NCBI RefSeq assembly: GCF_963921235.1
Contig: NC_086097.1
Span: 112,718,001-112,782,000 of the forward strand
Length of the DNA stretch: 64,000 bases
Source: Mobula hypostoma
Lineage: Eukaryota
Direction: 5' to 3'
In this document: positions 1 through 11,885 of the stretch, one piece after another
Layout: each line of letters opens with the position of its first letter
How positions within the stretch are numbered: the first letter of the stretch is position 1
Made by a program: the position numbers and the translations under genes
Notes under the pieces: model-generated
Told to the model about the DNA's origin: nothing
What the model saw: only the letters and a program-made list of their open reading frames with translations
The model's database searches: none

Positions 1-138
1 ATTTGCAGGTATTTACAGGAAAAGGGAAACATAATAGAATTTTGCAAGATTAAAACTGTACGTGAACAAAGAATGACAAACAGCCAATGTGCAAAAGAAG
101 ACAAACTGTGGAAATCAAAATAACATTGAGAACAAGAG
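1..138 (-). mobile_element. 3'UTR of an old Rex1/Babar-type LINE, cut by the CR1 insertion
   Basis: Reverse complement matches the 3'UTR at ~43925-44070 (gttctcagt...tcttcttttgcacattggttgtttgtc...cctgtaaatgcctg). Confidence 0.7.
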
Positions 139-450
139 ATGGATTCGAAGAAGGAAGTCTGAGAGTCGGAGCGGGAGTGCGGAGGAAGACATCTTTGAAT
201 ATTTCAGTTTTTTTTCCATCGGCGTTCAGAGAGGCGGGACTGCGCAGGCGTGTGACATCGGGCAGTGAAGCGTGGAAGATTTAAAAGGAACAGAGCCTCA
301 TACAGTGGGCAGCGTAGTTTGCGGGCAGCGGAGTGAGCCGGGAGCAGAGTGAAGGCTTAAGGGCTTCGGCTCAACGGGCTTAGGCGGAAACGGGTAAGGC
401 GAGGAAGGTTTGGTATTCATTTTTTGTTGTTATTTGAGGAGAGGGGCAGT

Positions 451-1385
451 ATGAGTGTGAGGGCAGTTTGTTCTCGGTGCCGGATGTGGGAGGCCCTGGA
501 GTCTCCAAGCCTCCTGGACGTCCACATCTGCGCCAGGTGCGCCGAGATGCAGCTCCTAAGGGACTGCGTTAGGGAACTGGAGCTGCAGCTCGATGACCTT
601 CGTCTGGTCAGGGAGAGTGAGGAGTTGATAGAGAGGAGTTACAGGCAGGTGGTCACACCGGGGCCACGGAAGGCAGACCAGTGGGTCACGGTTAGGAGGG
701 GGAAGGGGAAGAGTCAGGTAATAGAGAGTACCCCGGTGGCTGTGCCCCTTGACAACAGGTACTCCTGTTTGAGTACTGTTGGGGGGGGGGACAGCTTACC
801 CGGGGGAAGTGACAGTGGCCGCGCCTCCGGCACAGAGTCCGGCCCTGTAGCTCAGAAGGGTAGGGAAAGGAAGAGGAGGGCAGTTGTAATAGGGGACTCA
901 ATAGTAAGGGGGTCAGATATGCGATTCTGTGGACGCAGTCCAGAGACCCGGATGGTAGTTTGCTTCCCTGGTGCCAGGGTCCGGGATATTTCTGATCGTG
1001 TCCAAGATATCCTGAAGTGGGAGGGTGAGGAGCCAGAGGTCGTGGTACATATAGGTACCAATGACATAGGTGGGAAAAGGGAAGAGGTCCTGAAAGGAGA
1101 ATATAGGGAGCTAGGAAGGGAGTTGAGAAAAAGGACCGCAAAGTAGTAATCTCGGGATTACTGCCTGTGCCATGCGACAGTGAGAGTAGGAATGCAATGA
1201 GGTGGAGGATAAATGCGTGGCTGAGGGATTGGAGCAGGGGGCAGGGATTCAAGTTTTTGGATCATTGGGACCTCTTTTGGCGCAGGCGTGACCTGTACAA
1301 AAAGGATGGGTTACACTTGAACCCTAGGGGGACCAATATCCTGGCAGGGAGATTAGCGAGGGCTACTGAGATGACTTTAAACTAG
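451..1385 (+). pseudogene. CR1 ORF1p: Cys/His zinc finger, coiled coil and SGNH/GDSL esterase domain; 1-nt frameshift near 1143
   Basis: Motifs CSRC...HICARC, heptad ELELQLDDLR, VIGDSIV, FPGA, HIGTND, then VVISGLLP and DGLHLN after the frameshift (ORFs 424..1146 and 1167..1385). Confidence 0.9.
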
Positions 1386-4300
1386 AATGATTGGGGGGTG
1401 GGAATCAAATTAAAGAGGCTAGGCGAGAGGAGGTTAATTCACAACAGGGAGATGGGAACCAGTGCAGAGAGACAGAGGGGTGTAAAGTGAGGGTAAAAGC
1501 AAAAAGTAGTCAGGTGAAAAGTAGAAGTGGCAGGCCGACAAATCCAGGGCAAGCATCAAAAAGGACGACTTTTCAACATAATTGTATAAGGGCTAAGAGA
1601 GTTGTAAAAGAGCGCCTGAAGGCTTTGTGTGTCAATGCCAGGAGCATTCGTAACAAGGTGGATGAATTAAAAGTGCAGATTGTTATTAATGAATATGATA
1701 TAGTTGGGATCACAGAGACGGCTCCAGGGTGACCCAGGATAGGAGCTCAACATTCAGGGATATTCAATATTCGGGGGGGATAGACATGAAAGAAAAGGAG
1801 GTGGGGTGGCGTTGCTGGTTAGCGAGGAGATTAACGCAATAGAAAGGAAGGACATAAGCCGGGAAGATGTGGAATCGATATGGGTAGAGCTGCATAACAC
1901 TAAGGGGCAGAAAACGCTGGTGGGAGTTGTGTACAGGCCACCTAACAGTAGTAGTGAGGTCGGAGATGGTATTAAACAGGAAATTAGAAATGTGTTCAAT
2001 AAAGGAACAGCAGTTATAATGGGTGACTTCAATCTACATGTAGATTGGGTGAACCAAATTGGTAAAGGTGCTGAGGAAGAGGATTTCTTGGAATGTATGC
2101 GGAATGGTTTTTTGAACCAACATGTCGAGGAACCAGCTAGAGAGTAGGCTATTCTAGACTGGGTATTGAGTAATGAGGAAGGGTTAATTAGCAATCTTGT
2201 TGTGAGAGGCCCCTTGGGTAAGAGTGACCATAATATGGTGGAATTCTTCTTTAAGATGGAGAGTGACATAGTTAATTCAGAAACAAAGGTTCTGAACTTA
2301 AAGAAGGGTAACTTTTAAGGTATGAGACGTGAATTAGCTAAGATAGACTGGCAAATGACACTTAAAGGATTGACGGTGGATATGCAATGGCAAGCATTTA
2401 AAGATTGCATGGATGAACTACAACAATTGTTCATCCCAGTTTGACAAAAAAATAAATCAAGGAAGGTAGTGCACCCGTGGCTGACAAGGGAAATTAGGGA
2501 TAGTATCAATTCCATAGAAGAAGCATACAAATTAGCCAGAAAAAGTGGCTCACCTGAGGACTGGGAGAAATTCAGAGTTCAGCAGAGGAGGATAAAGGGC
2601 TTAATTAGGAAGGGGAAAAAAGATTACGAGAGAAAACCAGCAGGGAACTTAAAAACTGACTGTAAAAGCTTTTATAGATATGTGAAAAGAAAAAGATTGC
2701 TTAAGACAAATGTAGGTCCCCTACAGACAGAAACAGGTGAATTGATTATGGGGAGCAAGGACATGGCAGACCAATTGAATAATTACTTTGGTTCTGTCTT
2801 CACTAAGGAGGACATAAATAATCTTCTGGAAATAGTAGGGGACAGAGGGTCCAGTGAGATGGAGGAACTGAGGGAAATACATGTTAGTAGGGAAGTGGTG
2901 TTAGGTAAATTGAAGGGATTAAAGGCAGATAAATCCTCAGGGCCAGATGGTCTGCATCCCAGAGTGCTTAAGGAAGTAGCCCAAGAAATAGTGGATGCAT
3001 TAGTGATAATTTTTCAAAACTCTTTAGATTCTGCACTAGTTCCTGAGGATTGGAGGGTGGCTAATGTAACCCCACTTTTTAAAAAAGGAGGGAGAGAGAA
3101 ACCAGGGAATTATAGACCGGTTAGCCTAACATCGGTGGTGGGGAAACTGCTAGAGTCAGTTATCAAAGATGTGATAACAGCATATTTGGAAAGCGGTGAA
3201 ATCATCGGACAAAGTCAGCATGGATTTGTGAAAGGAAAATCATATCTGACGAATCTCATAGAATTTTTTGAGGATGTAACTAGTAGAGTGGATAGGGGAG
3301 AACCAGTGGATGTGGTATATTTGGATTTTCAAAAGGCTTTTGACAAGGTCCCACACAGGAGATTAGTGTGCAAACTTAAAGCACACGGTATTGGGGGTGA
3401 GGTATTGATGTGGATAGAGAATTGGTTGGCAGACAGGAAGCAAGGAGTGGGAATAAACAGGACCTTTTCAGAATGGCAGGCAGTGACTAGTGGGGTACTA
3501 CAAGGCTCAGTGCTGTGACCCCAGTTGTTTACAATATATATTAATGACTTGGATCAGGGAATTAAATGCAGCATCTCCAAGTTTGCGGATGACACGAAGC
3601 TGGGCGGCAGTGTTAGCTATGAGGAGGATGCTAAGAGGATGCAGGGTGACTTGGATAGGTTAGCTGAGTGGGCAAATTCATGGCAGATGCAATTTAATGT
3701 GGATAAATGTGAAGTTACCCACTTTGGTGGCAAAAACAGGAAAACGGATTATTATCTGAATGGTGGCCGATTCGGAAAAGGGGTGGTGCAATGAGACCTG
3801 AGTGTCATTATACACCAGTCATTGAAAGTGGGCATGCAGGTACAGCAGGCGGTGAAAAAGGCGAATGGTATGCTGGCATTTATAGCAAGAGGATTCGAGT
3901 ACAGGAGCAGGGAGGTACTGCTGCAGTTGTACAAGGCCTTGGTGAGACCACACCTGGAGTATTGTGTGCAGTTTTGGTCCCCTAATCTGAGGAAAGGCAT
4001 CCTTGCCATAGAAGGAGTACAAAGAAGGTTCACCAGATTGATTCCTGGGATGGCAGGACTTTCATATGATGAAAAACTGGATGAACTAGGCTTATACTCA
4101 TTGGAATTTAGAAGATTGAGGGGGGATCTGATTGAAACGTATAAAATCCTAAAGGGATTGGACAGGCTAGATGCAGGAAGATTGTTCCCGATGTTGGGGA
4201 AGTCCAGAACGAGGGATCACAGTTTGAGGATAAAGGGGAAGCCTTTTAGGACCGAGATTAGGAAAAACTTCTTCACACAGAGAGTGGTGAATCTGTGGAA

Positions 4301-4421
4301 TTCTCTGCCACAGTAAACAGTTGAGGCCAGTTCATTGGTTATATTTGAGAGGGAGTTAGATATGGCCCTTGTGGCTAAAGGGATCGGGGGTATGGGGGGA
4401 AGGCTGGTACAGGGTTCTGAG
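1376..4421 (+). pseudogene. CR1 ORF2p (APE endonuclease + reverse transcriptase), disrupted
   Basis: ORF pieces 1391..1732, 1806..2147, 2469..3518, 3525..3794 and 3822..4316 are collinear with the near-intact minus-strand copy. Confidence 0.93.
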
Positions 4422-4512
4422 TTGGATGATCAGCCATTATCATACTCAATGGCGGTGCAGGCTCGAAGGGCCAAATGGCCTACTCCTGCACCTATTTTCT
4501 ATGTTTCTATGT

Positions 4513-4975
4513 AAAATGCCCACCATGATACAACCAGTAAGTATGCTCTCCACTGTGCATTTGTAGAAGTTTGTCAATGTATTTGGTGACATACTAAACA
4601 TAAAATTCGACACAAACTTCTAAGGAAGTAGAGGTGCTGTCATGCCTTCTTTGTAATGACACTTCTGTTATGGTCGCAGGACAAATCCTCTTATATGATG
4701 ATGCCAAGGAATTTAAAGCTATTGACACGCTCCACTTCCATGTCCCTAATGAAGACTAGCTCATGAACCTCTGGCCTCTTCCTTCTGTAGTTGATAAACA
4801 ACTCTTTGGTTTTGCTGGCATTGAGTGAGAAGTTTTTGTTGTGGCACTACACAACCAGATTTTCAGTCTCCTTTGTTTTTGCCAATTTGTCGTCACCCTT
4901 GATTCAGTCAACGACAGCTGTGTTGTCTATACACATAAATACAGCAATACAGGTGTACCTAGCCACATAATAGTA
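4513..4975 (-). mobile_element. Rex1/Babar-type LINE RT C-terminal fragment (continuation of 1-138)
   Basis: Reverse complement reads FYKCTVESILTGCI-like and matches 43500-43605. Confidence 0.7.
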
Positions 4976-6439
4976 AGTATTAAGTTATACTTTATACTTA
5001 AGTAAAATATCAGTTCTTTGGCAGACCTCATTCCAAGAATACACTGACCATCCGCAAGCATATTCTTGTCTTATTGCTAACAACCCTCCACTAACATGTC
5101 CTTAAAACTCATTGTTGACATGCTTCCCACAGACACCTTCTCCCCTCATTGCTGACACCACACACACCACTTTGCAACAAGGTGAAAATCCCAACCCTCC
5201 GACTTGCCGATTTCTCCTCTGGCCATTCTGAACTGAAGATGTGCAATACCAGCTCAATTGCACTCAAGGTTTTCAGTGGGATTTACAGCAGAAATTCTGA
5301 TTGTGAGGAATGCTAGCTGCAGAAGCTTATAATTCAAGTTTATTGATCAGGTAGATTTTTTGGTAGAATAAGATCAGAGTTTCTATTTTATAGTTGATAC
5401 CAAATTCATTTTGTTCTAGCCTGAAAATTGTTATTTTTGAAAAACATTTTCAAATGATGCGTAAACATTGTTGAATGTCACTCGTAAGCATTTAAGATAT
5501 TTTAGTGGCTTGACAGATGCTTCAGCCGGGGATTGTAGCTCATCTGGAGGCTCTGCAGTGCACAGCGATCACCAATCAGCCTTCACTCAATCAATTCTCA
5601 CCAGGGGATCGTCTCAAGGCAAATGCAGATTTACAGTAGCTGGTGCATGTGCACAGTGCTTGGACAAGTTGCCACTCCCAAGAAATTCCTGGCTTTTGTA
5701 AGTAATTCTAATAGTATAGTCTTAAACCTGTCATACCAATTTAACAAAAATAGATGTTTATTCCTTTCCACAGGTGCTGCCTGACCTGCTGAGTTCCTCT
5801 AGTATTTTGTGTGAGTGTTACTCTAGATTTCCAGCATCTGCAGAATCTCCTATTTATTTGTGACACTGTGACTCCTAATATTATCTAAATTTGCTCTCAT
5901 TTAACCTTATTTAATTAGAGAAAATGCGGGAGTACATATTATCATGGTGGGTGATTATACATCAATATCAAAACAGTGAGAGACCATTGTATTTCGTAAA
6001 CATAGTTGAAAATAGAATGGAAAAAAATAATCTCCCATTTGCAAGTTCAGGGCTTTATAATAATTTTTGTAAACTCCTTGAAAACATGCAGGAAGTATGC
6101 AGGAGGCGGTGCATCTCAAGGATATAAAGTTCCGCAGCACAGTTGGAGTTAAACTCTTCCTCACTTTAGTTCAGAGTGCTAAAATGGAGGAAGGTTTAAC
6201 AGGATTCTTCTATTTCAGAATGCAGCTCGGCCCGTTACATCAGAAGGTTGCAAAAATAACAGTCTGCCACTTTTAAAAGCTAGAATGACTCCTAATGAGG
6301 AGCACAATCTGCACCATCTGTGGAAATGGACAAGAAAAATTATCCCACAGAGTTCCAAAGAAAGTGAGAAGACTATTACTTAGTTACAAAGTCAACAAGG
6401 ATGGAATACGTACAGAGTCAGAATGATTAGCACTTACCT

Positions 6440-6915
6440 AGCATGAAATTTGTTGTATTGGCAGCAGCCCAGAGCAAAGATATAAAATTATTATAAATTA
6501 CAAATTTAATAAATAGTGCAAAATAAAAAAGAATAATGGGGCCCATGAACCATGAGAAATATAATAACAGAGGATATGGTCCTCTGTTGGATATGGTCCT
6601 TCAGGCTGCTGTACCTCCATCTTGCAGGTAGTAACAAGAAAAGGACATGTCCTGGATGTTGAGGGTCCTTAATAATGGATACTGCCTTCTAGAGGTGCCT
6701 CTTCTTAAAGATGTCCTCAGCAGTGGTGAGGGTTGTACCCACGATAGAACTGGCGAAGTCTACAACTCTCATCAGCCTAGTGCAACTCTAAGCATTGGAC
6801 TTCCATATTAGGCTCTGAGAGTATGAATCCATAGAGATTTGTAAGTCCTCGGTGACATACTAAATCTCCTTAATCTCCTAATGAAGTAAGGCTGCTGGCA
6901 TACCTTCTTCATGAT
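6440..6915 (-). mobile_element. Degenerate Rex1/Babar-type LINE 3' fragment
   Basis: Similar to the minus-strand 3' fragments at 37100-37545 and 45675-46075. Confidence 0.55.
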
Positions 6916-6924
6916 TGAAAGATA

Positions 6925-8530
6925 GGTTGAGGGGTGGATAGTGGTGAGGAAGTAGGGAGTCTGCAGAAGGATTTGGACAAATTAGGAGACTGGTCAAAGA
7001 AGTAGATAATGGAATAGAGCATAGATAAGTCTATAGTCATGCGCTTTGGTAGAAGGGATAGTTTCCAAATGGGGAGCAAATTCAGAAATCAGAGACGCAA
7101 AGGTTCTTGGGAATCCTAGTGCAGGATTCCCTTGCAAGTTGAGTTGGTTGTATAAAAGGTAAATGCAATGTTAATGTTCATTTCCAGAGGACTATAACAT
7201 ATAGGCAAGGATGTATTGCTAAGGGATTGGTTTTGACCACACCTGGAGTATTGTTGCAGCTTTGGGCCCCATATCTAAGGAAGGCTTTGCTGGCATTGGA
7301 GATTTACAAGAATGATCCCATGAACAAAACGGTTAATGTATGAGGAGAATTTGATGATTTTGGGTCTGTACCCGTTGGAATTTAGAAGGATTTGGGGGGA
7401 ATCTCACTGAAACCTACCGAAGTGTCTCTACTTCCTGAGGAGATTGAGGTGATACAGGCTCATTACCTCCCCCATTTTAACCATTTTTTACAGGAGCATC
7501 AATCAGAGTGTTCTAGCCAGCTGTATCACCATCTAGTATGAGAATTGCAAGGTATCTGACAGCAAGACTCTACAAAAGAGAGTGAGGACTACTGAGAAGA
7601 TCATCAGGGTCTCTCTTCCACCCATCAGAGATATTTGTCCGGAGTGCTGTGTATGCAAGGTCCTTAGCATTATCAATGATCCCTGCCATCCATTCAACTA
7701 TCTCTTTGACCACCCACCATCAGACAGGAGGTACCATGCCATTAGGACAAGAACTGTAGGATGGGAAACATCTTCCACAGGGTGTAAGACTACTGAACTC
7801 ACTGCCACCACCCAGACTTCATCACATATGAAATGCCAGTAGCCTTGTACTGTTTACTTGTGCTGTAAATGCACCTTATTATTTATTACATTATTTATAA
7901 TATTACTTTATGTGTCATGTGTGTGAGTTGCATGTACTGTGTTGTGCACCTTGGTCTGGAAGAACATTGTTTCATTTGATGGTACACATGTGTCTGGTTG
8001 GATGACAATAAACTGAACTTAAACTTCACTATTGAAGAACCTGGATAGAGTGGATATGGAGAGGACATTTCAAATAGCAGGAGAATCTAGGACCAGAGTG
8101 CACAGCTTCAGAATAGAAGGATATCCATTTAGTACAGTGATGAGGATGAATTTGTTCATTTTTTGTGCATTGGGTGTTTGATGTTTTCTTGAACAGGTTC
8201 CACAGGGCTTCTTTGTTTGTGACGGCCCAGTGGAAGGGAAATCTCAGAGATGTGTTCTGAATACATACTTTGATAATAAATGTACGTTGAATCTTTGAAA
8301 TTCTTTAGCCAGCGGGTGGTGTATCTATGGAAATCATTGTCATGCTTGGCTGTGGAGGCTAAGACATCCAATTCAAAGAGAGATTGATTGGTAAGGGTGT
8401 CAAGGATTAAGGAGAAAAGGCAAGAGGATAGGGTTGAAAGGGAAAATAAATCAGCCATGATCGAATGATGGAGAAGACTTGGTGAGCTGAATGCCCTCAT
8501 ACTGTTCCTATGTCTGCTGATCTAATGTTT
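6925..8530 (+). mobile_element. Old CR1 ORF2 3' region interrupted by Rex1-type fragments (7421-8022; tail 8155-8297)
   Basis: RPHLEYC-like (ccacacctggagtattg) and SQRVV-like remnants, plus a CR1-like 3' end near 8440-8530. Confidence 0.65.
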
Positions 8531-9101
8531 TATGTCTTACCTCAAATGAATGCAATGCTTATCATAAATGGATGCCTGAGCTATTGTACATTCTGCTAAG
8601 AGTCACAAATAATTTTATTCATACTATTGAAGCTTATGGTAATTTTATAAATCCTGTTTGAATGTCTCCTCAGCCTTTTTGGTTCCAGAGAAAGAGCTCA
8701 ATCTGAGCCAATGTTTACTCAGCTGCACCAAGACCATAGCTTTGCTCTCCTCTGCCCTAAAATAGGTGTTATCATTGCATGATTATCTCCACTCTGTTCC
8801 AGAATGATTTTATATCCTGTTCCAACAAATAAATGGGTGAATTCCATAAATCTTCATAGCCACATTGTATCTCATATCATTCAACGATTGTGAATATACT
8901 GTACATTTTTAAGTTCTTCTGCTATTCTAATATCCTACCACTTATGCATTATCCCCTGTTTGCTTTCCTCAAATACATTGCTCCATGGATCTCTGAATTA
9001 AATTCTATAGCCATCCACCCGATTAAATCATTGGCATTTTCTTGTAATGATATTTATTCCTAATATTTAAACTATCATCAACACCATATCAGTAATCCTT
9101 T

Positions 9102-9310
9102 AACACGAGGAATTCTGCAGATGCTGGAAATTCAAGCAACACACATCAAAGTTGCTGGTGAATGTAGCAGGCCAGGCAGCATCTCTAGGAAGAGGTACAG
9201 TCGACGTTTTGGGCCGAGACCCTTTGTCAGGATTAACTGAAGGCAGAGCTGGTAAGAGATCTGGCCTGCCTGGCCTGCTGCATTCACCAGCAACTTTGAT
9301 GTGTGTTGCC
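9102..9310 (-). mobile_element. Penelope-associated short repeat with inverted arm, decayed hammerhead motif and 13-bp TSD
   Basis: tcagtaatccttt occurs at 9089-9101 and 9311-9323. Arm 9136-9179 is inverted at ~9265-9309. Same family as 20177-20418. Confidence 0.75.
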
Positions 9311-10984
9311 TCAGTAATCCTTTGTCCATCTTTTTGCCCTTTTCAAACAACTGTCACGTGATACTGTTCCATTTCCCCAGCACTGTGCCTGTAAGAACTT
9401 GGAAAATCATAGTCAGTGCCTGTCTTATTTCTTCCCTTGTACTTATTAATGGTCTGGGAGAGATTTTGTTTGGGCATGGACTTTCAAGTACTTTTCAAAA
9501 TGGTGTCTCTGTCAATATTTCCCTTCATTTTGACATACCAGATGTTTCATCTTTCTTAAAAATAGTGTCTACTACATCCACTTCATTTCTCATGACTTTT
9601 ACAATGTATTTATGATGTGGTGATGTCCTTAGCCTTCACACATGGGCGAGCTTTAAGTCTTCTTCTCTTTATATCCTCAAGCTCTTTATGTGCATCTTTG
9701 TGTTTTCTTCTGTGTTACTTTTAAAATGAACTTTATTTTCTTTCTTTATTTCCTTTTCAATTTTACCTCTGCTTTTTCCATATGACTCTAAAATGTCTGA
9801 GCACTGAACTCCAGGGGTATGTCAGATTTTTATTTGTATGATTGTGCCCTAAATACTCAATATCTAGTGACAAATTTACCCTTTAAAAATGGGACAAATG
9901 CATTCTGAACCCTTGTTTTCATCCATTTGAAAGCTCTCTTCTGCTCTGGCACCAATTTATCATTTCTATACAACTTATACTAAATTGCCTCCCAGTTGAG
10001 AAAAAATTAATGTTATCTTAATTGAGAAGCTTTACTCTTAGTCAATCTTTGCAAGTTTTATTCCATAGTTAAGTTAAAATAGTGCAAATTATAGTTGTCA
10101 TAAATGCTCTCTCCCTTATACCCCAGTTTTAATTGCCTCTGTTTGTTCACTAGTTCAGCCTGCTAGGCCTTGTTCACTGATCTTATAAAAATATCATCTT
10201 CCTCACGGGTGTAATTGTTTCTTTAAACAATATTGCTAATTCCCTCATAATATTTTCCATAAATCTGAGCTGCCATTTGAATTCTTCTTTATGCCACACT
10301 TCAGTAAGAAGAACAATACCATATTTCTTCATTAGTGCCTCCAGCTCTTTCTTATACATTCCTTATATTAAAATGTGTAATATTAACAATGCAGGTCCAT
10401 CCCAGGTTCCACAGAGTTTGGTTCCCTAGACCCATTCATAACTCGAACAGTTTGCAAGTCAGAGATACAGCCAGCCAGTAATATAGGTAAATACAAATAC
10501 TGGCCAACCAAGGGCAACCTGTGGTTAAACTATACCTTTATGCAGAGAGACATGGAGAAATACATGTGTTTAAACATTTAAATAACATACAAATGTTTAA
10601 ATTTGCCAAAAGGATAGATACCATGGTTGACTCTGTGAAGTCATTTAGAACTACTAGCTAGGAATCACTGTTCATCAAGGTTTTGTACATATCATCTGCC
10701 AACTTGTACTCATTCACCTCATCCCTCCTCCACCTTCTTACTCTGGCTTCTTCCCGCTTTCTTTCCAGTGCTGAAGAAAGGTCTCAGCTCAAAACTATTT
10801 ATTTGTCTCCATCAATACTGCCTGACCTGCTGAGTTCCTCCAGTATTTTCTATGTTTTAATTTGCATGCATTGTTGCTTTGTAAGTAGTCACGTACCAAA
10901 TGTTTCTAAGGATGTCAAAGAAATATATATTTTGTTCTTTGTAGCTGTAGCAGAAAATTTCCTCTTGTAACTCAGAAGAACAAA

Positions 10985-11885
10985 ATGTTTCAAAGTATAT
11001 TTATTTTCAAAAAAAATATCAATTATACCACCTTGAAATTGGTTTGCTTACAGGCAGCTGCAAATCAATACACCAAAAGAACCCAATTAAAAAAAATAAA
11101 ATATAGACCAACACCCAATGCACAGAGAAAGGGGGTAAAAACACAAACCGTACAAACAATAGATATCTGAACCAAAGTGAGTCCTTAGATCCAAACCCCG
11201 GGGTAGTCTAGAGTAGGCCCAAAGCCTCAGTATCAATCCATCATATCAGCGGACACGCAGCACAGAAGCCCAAGGAACCTTCATGGCCTTAGCACCATGG
11301 AGAGAGAAGTGAACATCGTGGGAGAGTGAGCAATGTCTTGCAGTCTATCAGGGCCAGTGTTTAAATTGCTCAAACAGCTTATGGCACCTTGCACTTGGGG
11401 TCGAGGCCCTAGCGCTGCAAAATGCAATGGGCCTAGACCATGCTGCCCAGCGACTGGGTCTGAGCCCAGATTTTGCCACCCAAGCCAAAGCCACTCTCAA
11501 GCTCTTCAAATCAGCTTGGCATCCAGAGCAATCCAATCTCACACCTGGGCCAGTAGTATGGTAATCAAGTCTCCTCTGCCCCAGCTTCTCCTCTCAGCAC
11601 CCAGAGTGATCCAACCTCACACCCGGGCCAGTTGTACAGGCATCGAGTCTCCTCTGCCTCGATATCTCCACTCTGAATAGTTCACTCCATCTATGGCATT
11701 TCTGCAACATACCAGCACGGTTCATCCCTCGAATTTTCTTCGCCTCTTCACCATTTGTGGTGAAAATTTACCACAATTTACTTCATAACAAGTGTTATTA
11801 GAAATGTTTTTAGTCAAATATCTTGCCTTTTGAACTACCAGTGAGCTATTGCACGCATTTGGTATAACATCTTAAATCAGAAGAC
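10985..11885 (-). mobile_element. Probable non-autonomous retroposon with a LINE-like 3' tail and an internal 78-bp tandem duplication
   Basis: 10985-11160 resembles the reverse complement of Rex1-type tails. The body is non-coding. Duplicated units are 11518-11595 and 11596-11673. Confidence 0.4.

Larger units (their letters stand above)
139..4512 (+). mobile_element. Full-length CR1-clade LINE (GC-rich 5'UTR, ORF1, ORF2, (TTCTATGT)n tail), inactivated by a few stops and frameshifts
   Basis: CpG-rich leader ~140-420. ORF1 has zinc-finger and esterase motifs. ORF2 has APE motifs (NARSIRNK, GITET, YRPP, GDFN, SDH) and RT motifs (NYRPVSLTS, LDFQKAFDKV, QGSVL, FADDTKL). The 3' end reads cctattttctatgtttctatgt. 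The 5' boundary is approximate. Confidence 0.95.

Noticed and set aside
8540..10380. Faint CR1-like remnants on the minus strand
   Set aside because: Too decayed to delimit or classify reliably.
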